Assembly: GCF_001194135.2 (NCBI RefSeq)
Contig: NC_068981.1
Coordinates: forward strand, 95,424,803 to 95,464,673
Direction: 5' to 3'
Length of the DNA: 39,871 nucleotides
Source: Octopus bimaculoides
Lineage: Eukaryota
A program made the position numbers and the translations under genes. Of this stretch, positions 34,701 through 39,871 are shown one piece after another. The notes beneath the pieces are model-generated. The model saw only the letters and a program-made list of their open reading frames with translations, was not told where the DNA came from and made no database searches. The stretch's first letter is position 1, and each line of letters starts with the position of its first letter.

Positions 34701-34997
34701 CGTAACATATAATTGCCAACCAAGTGTGGCGTCCTGGACGGGACAGTGCTACTGATGTTTATAGCCCCAGTAAGGCATCTCTTCCAACTAGCTAACGAGA
34801 CATATTCTGTGATCCGATTAGTATTTGCGAGGGGAGGTCATCGCTCCCATCACTAGCCTTACGTGATAGACACGGACTCGAGTTTCTGGGTGGTTACCCG
34901 TCCTCAGTGTATGTTAATCACCAGATAGTGATGAAAACTCACCCCACTCGCAAGATTCTATTAGGACGCCACACTTGGTTGGCAATTATATGTTACG
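34701..34997. mobile_element. 297-bp element with perfect 35-bp terminal inverted repeats enclosing family D sequence and a hammerhead
   Basis: 34701-34735 is the exact reverse complement of 34963-34997. Confidence 0.85.
34870..34912 (-). ncRNA. Minimal type-I hammerhead ribozyme motif
   Basis: AUACA-CUGAGGA-c-GGGU aacc ACCC-a-GAAA-CUCGAG-UC-CGUGU. The core is intact, helix III is palindromic, the triplet is GUC, and helix I is 4 bp after an A.C mismatch. Confidence 0.75.
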
Positions 34998-35044
34998 ATT
35001 CCGTATAGCTACCGTTNNNNNNNNNNTCGAACCTACATCTCTCT

Positions 35045-35301
35045 GATTACGCGTCAAGTGCTTTACCTTTAAGCTAAACTGCTCAGTAACGAATTGTTCT
35101 GCAATTTTAGGATTTATAAATCTAGCTTTATAAGACGCTAACGTTAAATTCAACTTACGATGAGAGTAAACAAAGAAAGTTTGCTTTAGAACTTGAATTT
35201 AACGTTAGCGTCTTATAAAGATAGATTTATAAATCCTAAAATTGCAGAACAATTCGTTACTGGACAATTTAGCTTAAAGGTGAAGCACTTGACGCGTAAT
35301 C
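35045..35301. repeat. Inverted duplication, 109-bp arms, including part of a tRNA-like SINE head
   Basis: 35045-35153 versus 35193-35301: 5 mismatches, 39-nt spacer. The minus strand at 35028-35085 reads TAGCTTAAAGGTAAAGCACTTGACGCGTAATCAGAGAGATGTAGGTTCGA. Confidence 0.9.
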
Positions 35302-35469
35302 TTACTGGCTGGCCAGTAAGATTTCTTTTCTGCAATATATGGATAGTTTATCCTGTTCATGCTACTGTATTAGCATTTTCATGCTTTTGAGGATAAATTA
35401 TTTGTGTATCTTTCAATACATCTCAACGCTTCTAAAGCAAACGTTCTTTACTTTCATCGTAAGTTGAAT

Positions 35470-35508
<39 letters not shown>

Positions 35509-35517
35509 CAAGTATAT

Positions 35518-35590
<73 letters not shown>

Positions 35591-37440
35591 CGTTTGTGTA
35601 CCTATGTTTTGGATGTATATGTATGTATGAACGCATGTATGTCTCGCACAACGGGGGGTGATTAAAAAAACTGCGAAGTTAAGTAAAACTTGTTTTGCTA
35701 CATATGATGCGTATCCTTCGACAGACGCAACTGAAGTCTGTTTTGGTAATGTCACACCACAGTCGACAGTTTTCGTTGACGTCGAGAACAGGAAAGCAGA
35801 GCTTTTCTGTAAACCACTTCTTAATTCGACCATCTTAGAATTTATTATTACAATCAGTAAACAAAACTTATGCAATGAGTTTTGATGATTGAATACCTTA
35901 AGCGATAAAACACTGCACGATCTGAAGTTTAACTCCCCGCTAATATCTAATTTGTGTTTCGTTTTCTTCCTCGGGGTAGAACGAATGTGGATAAAACAAG
36001 TACCGAGGTATCTTTAGATATTTGTGGTCTTTTTCCATAAAAATTGTGCCTTTGTAAGAAATCTATATATTATGTCGTGTCTACGAAAGAGATTCATCGT
36101 CGGCGAGTTTGCAAACTGAGACGGCAATAGCATTTCGCTTCTAGGTTGTACTGCTATGTTTTGTATAGTATATGATATATAAAGAAGTGTGTCACGAACA
36201 TTAAGTGTTGCTTCTTTCCAGCTTCATTTCTCTCCTGTTTCTTTATGACATTAATATCAATACTAACCAATCACTTTTCCCGTCTTCCGTTGATTCCTTG
36301 TGAGCAATCAGTGCTTTCTTGTCATTTAAAAATGCGTGTTAATATACTCGCATAAAACATAGACACACACACACAGACACACACACAGACACAGACACAC
36401 ACACAGACACAGACACACGCACACACACATCACACACTTACACACACACACTCNNNNNNNNNNAGTTCCCTGTCATTTGGACCATGAGTTGTTCGATAAA
36501 ATGGATGGCCAAAACTTTGAACTAACGTTTGAATGGCTGAATATTCCACTGATACGAGTATCCTTAACATAATTCACTGTTTGAATCAACCCGTAATAAG
36601 ACCGGACCTTAGAATTACAAATACAATCCATCATACTGGTTTCCAAACAGTTTCCGGGAACACAATTTCGATCAATCCGAATCTTAAAATCACTTACCTA
36701 CGATCTCACACAATAGGGTCGAACCCAGGAAGTACCTCACAAACAAAAATTAGGTCGGCTACAGAAATACTTCAACACAATCATTTTCTGTACTGCTATG
36801 AGCCTAGTAATGATCTTATATTGTCAGTTCATATTAAAGGGGTGGCATGGCTACGCGCTAATCGAAATATTGATATCTACCACCATTTGTGATGATTCCT
36901 AGGTGATTTGTCTTGTCTGGTCAGTGAATTCAGGTGTTCTTTAACACTCGGCACCGTGTAGGAGGCTTTCCGCAGACGTGATCCTGCAGCAAATTTGGTG
37001 TATAAACAAAACACATACACTATGTATATGTTTCTCTTCTGCTTAATGCTTCAATATGAAGAAGACAGCGCAAATGAGAGATGTTTACTGCTTCGACTAA
37101 CAATGAATGGAAAACAATGAGGTGGAGAAGCTGCATTTCTTTCAGTTTAAAATCATACACCTCTGCATTTGAACCCAAGCAAGGTATGTGGCTGTACATT
37201 ATTTAGCCAAGAGGCTTAGAATACAATATTGATTAAAAGTTCGATAGTCTTTAAGATGTTCTGTCAGTGATCATTAAAGTTTAAGCTGAAGCTCTACTCT
37301 AAATCTTGCCGAACCATATTCTGCTAATTGTTTCTTGTGACTGTATTGTATTTCTACACTGGATAGTGTGAAAAGTTGTTCTTTTAAAAGATACTATAAA
37401 TTAATAAATGATTCTGTTCTAGGTAAGCTAGGATATACTT

Positions 37441-37837
37441 GTGGAGGCGCAATGGCCTAATGATTAGGGCAGCGGACTCGTGGTCATAGGATCGCGGTTT
37501 CGATTCCCAGACCGGGTGTTGTGAGTGTTTATTGAGCGAAAACACCTAAAGCTCCACGAGGCTCCGGCAGGGGATGGTGGCGAACCCTGTTGTACTCTTC
37601 CACCACAACTTTCTCTCACTCTTACTTCCTGTTTCTGTTGTGCCTGTAATTCAAAGGGTCAGCCTTGTCACACTGTGTCACGCTGAATATCCCCGAGAAC
37701 TACGTTAAGGGTACACGTGTCTGTGGAGTGCTCAGCCACTTGCACGTTAATTTCACGAGCAGGCTGTTCCGTTGATCGGATCAACTGGAACCCTCGTCGT
37801 CGTAAGCGACGGAGTGCCAACAGCAACAACAATAACT
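37441..37837 (+). mobile_element. Full-length tRNA(Arg)-like SINE with 8-bp target-site duplication
   Basis: tRNA-like head GGAGGCGCAATGGCCTAATGATTAGGGCAGCGGACTCG...GGTTTCGATTCC, ~400 bp, (CAA)-like tail; ATATACTT at 37433-37440 and 37838-37845. It may correspond to the octopus OR-type SINEs (recall, unverified). Confidence 0.85.
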
Positions 37838-37849
37838 ATATACTTAGTT

Positions 37850-38060
37850 CAGGCGGTTAAAGTGGCAAGCATACCCGAACAAAATGCTTAGCGTCATTTC
37901 TTCCGGCTCTTTAGGTTCCGAGTTCAAATTCCCCGAAGTCGACTTTACTTTTTATCCTTTCGGAGTTGATAAAATAAGTACCAGTGGAGGACTGGGACCG
38001 ATGTAATCGACTAGCCCCCTCGCCCAATATTCAGGTCTTGTGACAATAGTTAAAAGAAGT
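37850..38060 (+). mobile_element. SINE family B, diverged
   Basis: Core GAAGTCGACTTTACTTTTTATCCTTTCGGAGTTGATAAAATAAGTACCAG. Confidence 0.8.
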
Positions 38061-38360
38061 ATTTCAGGCGGTTTAAAGCATGGCGGAAGTAATAGAACTA
38101 CAAATGCTTCCAGTCTGTCACTGTACTTTGTCCACTAACCTTTTAAAGATAAGTTTTTGTTTATTATTTACTTAACTATAAATTAAAATAATTTCTATTG
38201 ATAGAATATAGAAATATATTTCTTTTGAATGTCAAAAGAGATAGGAGAAACGCGTGGTCCAACAGCCACGTGTTAGACTGAATTTTATATAATGTGTTTT
38301 TGTCCATAATTTACATAACTATTCATTGAGATAATCACCTGACAACTCAAAGAACTTATT

Positions 38361-39052
38361 AATATTTGTACTGAATAGAGCGGCGATCTGGTAGAATCGT
38401 TAGCACGCCGGACGAAATGCTTAGCCGTATTTCGTCTGCCACGGGTGATAAAGAAATTTGTATTTCGTCTTCCGTTACATTCTGAGTTCAAATTCCACCG
38501 AGGTCGACTTTGCCTTTCATCCTTTCGGGGTCGATAAATTAAGTACCAGTTGCGTACTGGGTCGATCTAATGGACTGGTCCCCTCACCCCAAATTTCGGG
38601 CCTTGTACCTAGAGTAGAAAAGAATATCTGCTCTGAATAGTACGTCGGGCGAAATGCTTAGCGGCATTTCGTCCGTCGTTACGTTCTGAGCTCAAATTCC
38701 GCCGAGGTCGACTTTGTCCTTCATTCTTTCGTCGTCGATAAAATAAGTACCAGTTGAGTACAGAAGTCAATGTAATCTTTTTACCTACTTCCCTAAAATT
38801 GCTGGCCTTATGCCAAAATTTGAAACCAATATTTGTATTGAATAGGGCGCCGAGCAAAATGCTTAGCAGTATTTCTTCCGGTTTTTACGTTCTGAGTTCA
38901 AATTCCGCCGAGGTTGACTTTGCCTTTCATCCTTGCGGGGTTGATGAAATACGTACCAGTATATCACTGGGGTCGACGTAATCGACTTACTCTCCACCTA
39001 CAAAATTACTGGACTTGTGCCAAAATTTAAAATAAATATTTGTGTTGAATAT
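38361..39052 (+). mobile_element. Head-to-tail array of three family B SINEs separated by an 18-bp direct repeat
   Basis: SINEs at ~38379-38622, 38641-38827 and 38846-39034; AATATtTGtayTGAATAG-like motif at 38361, 38623, 38828 and 39035. Confidence 0.85.
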
Positions 39053-39563
39053 CGGAAGAGTTCGAAGAAACACATTACTCAGCTGTCATGCGTTAGACTA
39101 ATTGACCTCATAAAGCTTAACTTTTCCCTTTTATATTCTGATTTCAAATCAGCATACTCAGTCCTATTTTTCATCCTTCCATGGTGCACCAGGCAGGTAC
39201 TGAAGACGAGTATTCAGTTGACCATTCTCTTTGATTATAAGTTGTGCTATTGTCTCAATACAAGAAATCTGTAAATGAATTGAATTAAGAAATGGCTTAG
39301 ACAAGTAGTGTGCTAGCCTAAATTCTTTCTTTTCCTAATTGTAATACCCATTTGGTCTAGACCTATGGTCCAGTTTCTATAAAGGTAAACAGATGAGAAG
39401 CAAATTTCCTCGGTACCCAATCAAATCGGACATCAGTGCTGTCGGTGGTCTTGATATTTTACCTCAGTTTACTCATAGAACAGCTGGGACCAATTTTGCC
39501 TTTCACTCTTGCAAAGGCTTAATATAAATACAAGTAATATACTAAAGTCAATTCAACAGAAGA

Positions 39564-39564
<1 letters not shown>

Positions 39565-39611
<47 letters not shown>

Positions 39612-39645
39612 CATACATACATACATACATACATACATACATACA
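39565..39645. repeat. (TATC)n-(CATA)n compound microsatellite
   Basis: Directly visible. Confidence 0.95.
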
Positions 39646-39871
39646 TGATGATGGCCGTCCACTCGTGACCGAGGTAGACCATTGCCGACCTTCAGGAACA
39701 TTGTGCGCTCCAGGACTAACTTATATTTTGCATTTGCGGCTCCGTTGGTGGCTAATGAGCCCTGCTCTTGACAAGCATACACGACTGCAAACATTGCAGA
39801 TTAAGCTTTTCCCATTCACTATATGAGCCGTGCGCTTTCGCGCAGCTCGCTTAAGTTCTTCATGCTGGATA
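39646..39871 (-). mobile_element. 3' end of an RTE-clade LINE
   Basis: Uninterrupted frame 39870-39721: IQHEELKRAARKRTAHIVNGKSLICNVCSRVCLSRAGLISHQRSRKCKI*, with a C-terminal CxxC...H finger typical of RTE ORFs. A short 3' UTR and (CAT)n tail follow; the element continues beyond the window. Confidence 0.75.

Noticed and set aside
36533-36892. 119-aa plus-strand ORF
   Set aside because: No recognisable domain, start context or splice support; compatible with chance.
37441-37520. tRNA-Arg gene (and tRNA-Thr at 35028-35085)
   Set aside because: The acceptor stem and D/T arms are not intact. The 37441 head continues into a SINE body with tail and TSD; the 35028 head is cut by a gap and is probably also SINE-derived.
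38361-39052. CRISPR array or integron
   Set aside because: The context is eukaryotic, the spacers are ~190-245-bp homologous SINEs, the repeat is degenerate, and there are no cas or integrase genes.

Overview
This is non-coding, repeat-dense animal genomic DNA from a gapped draft assembly; about 5.6 kb (~14%) is N. The SINE, LINE and mariner repeats look, from recall and unverified, like those of an octopus genome. No host protein-coding gene can be identified, and nearly all listed ORFs are artefacts of N-gaps or microsatellites. Supported content: (1) about 17 tRNA-derived SINE copies of several families; (2) decayed retroelement coding fragments: Penelope-like RT (20.3-21.3 kb) and GIY-YIG endonuclease (3.9-4.3 kb), an R4/Dong-type RLE LINE 3' end sitting inside an (ATGT)n tract, an L1/Tx1 ORF2 fragment, an ORF1-like relic and an RTE 3' end; (3) Tc1/mariner relics, including a near full-length DD37D element with both TIRs; (4) many microsatellites. 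The main unannotated signal is a set of seven minimal type-I hammerhead ribozyme motifs in at least five unrelated sequence contexts. Six have a 6-nt palindromic helix III (four different palindromes) and one a short hairpin there; four sit inside three fold-back or terminal-inverted-repeat elements. A second notable structure is an array of three different SINE copies separated by four copies of an 18-bp direct repeat at 38.4-39.05 kb. All alignments and folds were done by eye, and family names come from recalled motifs, not database searches.
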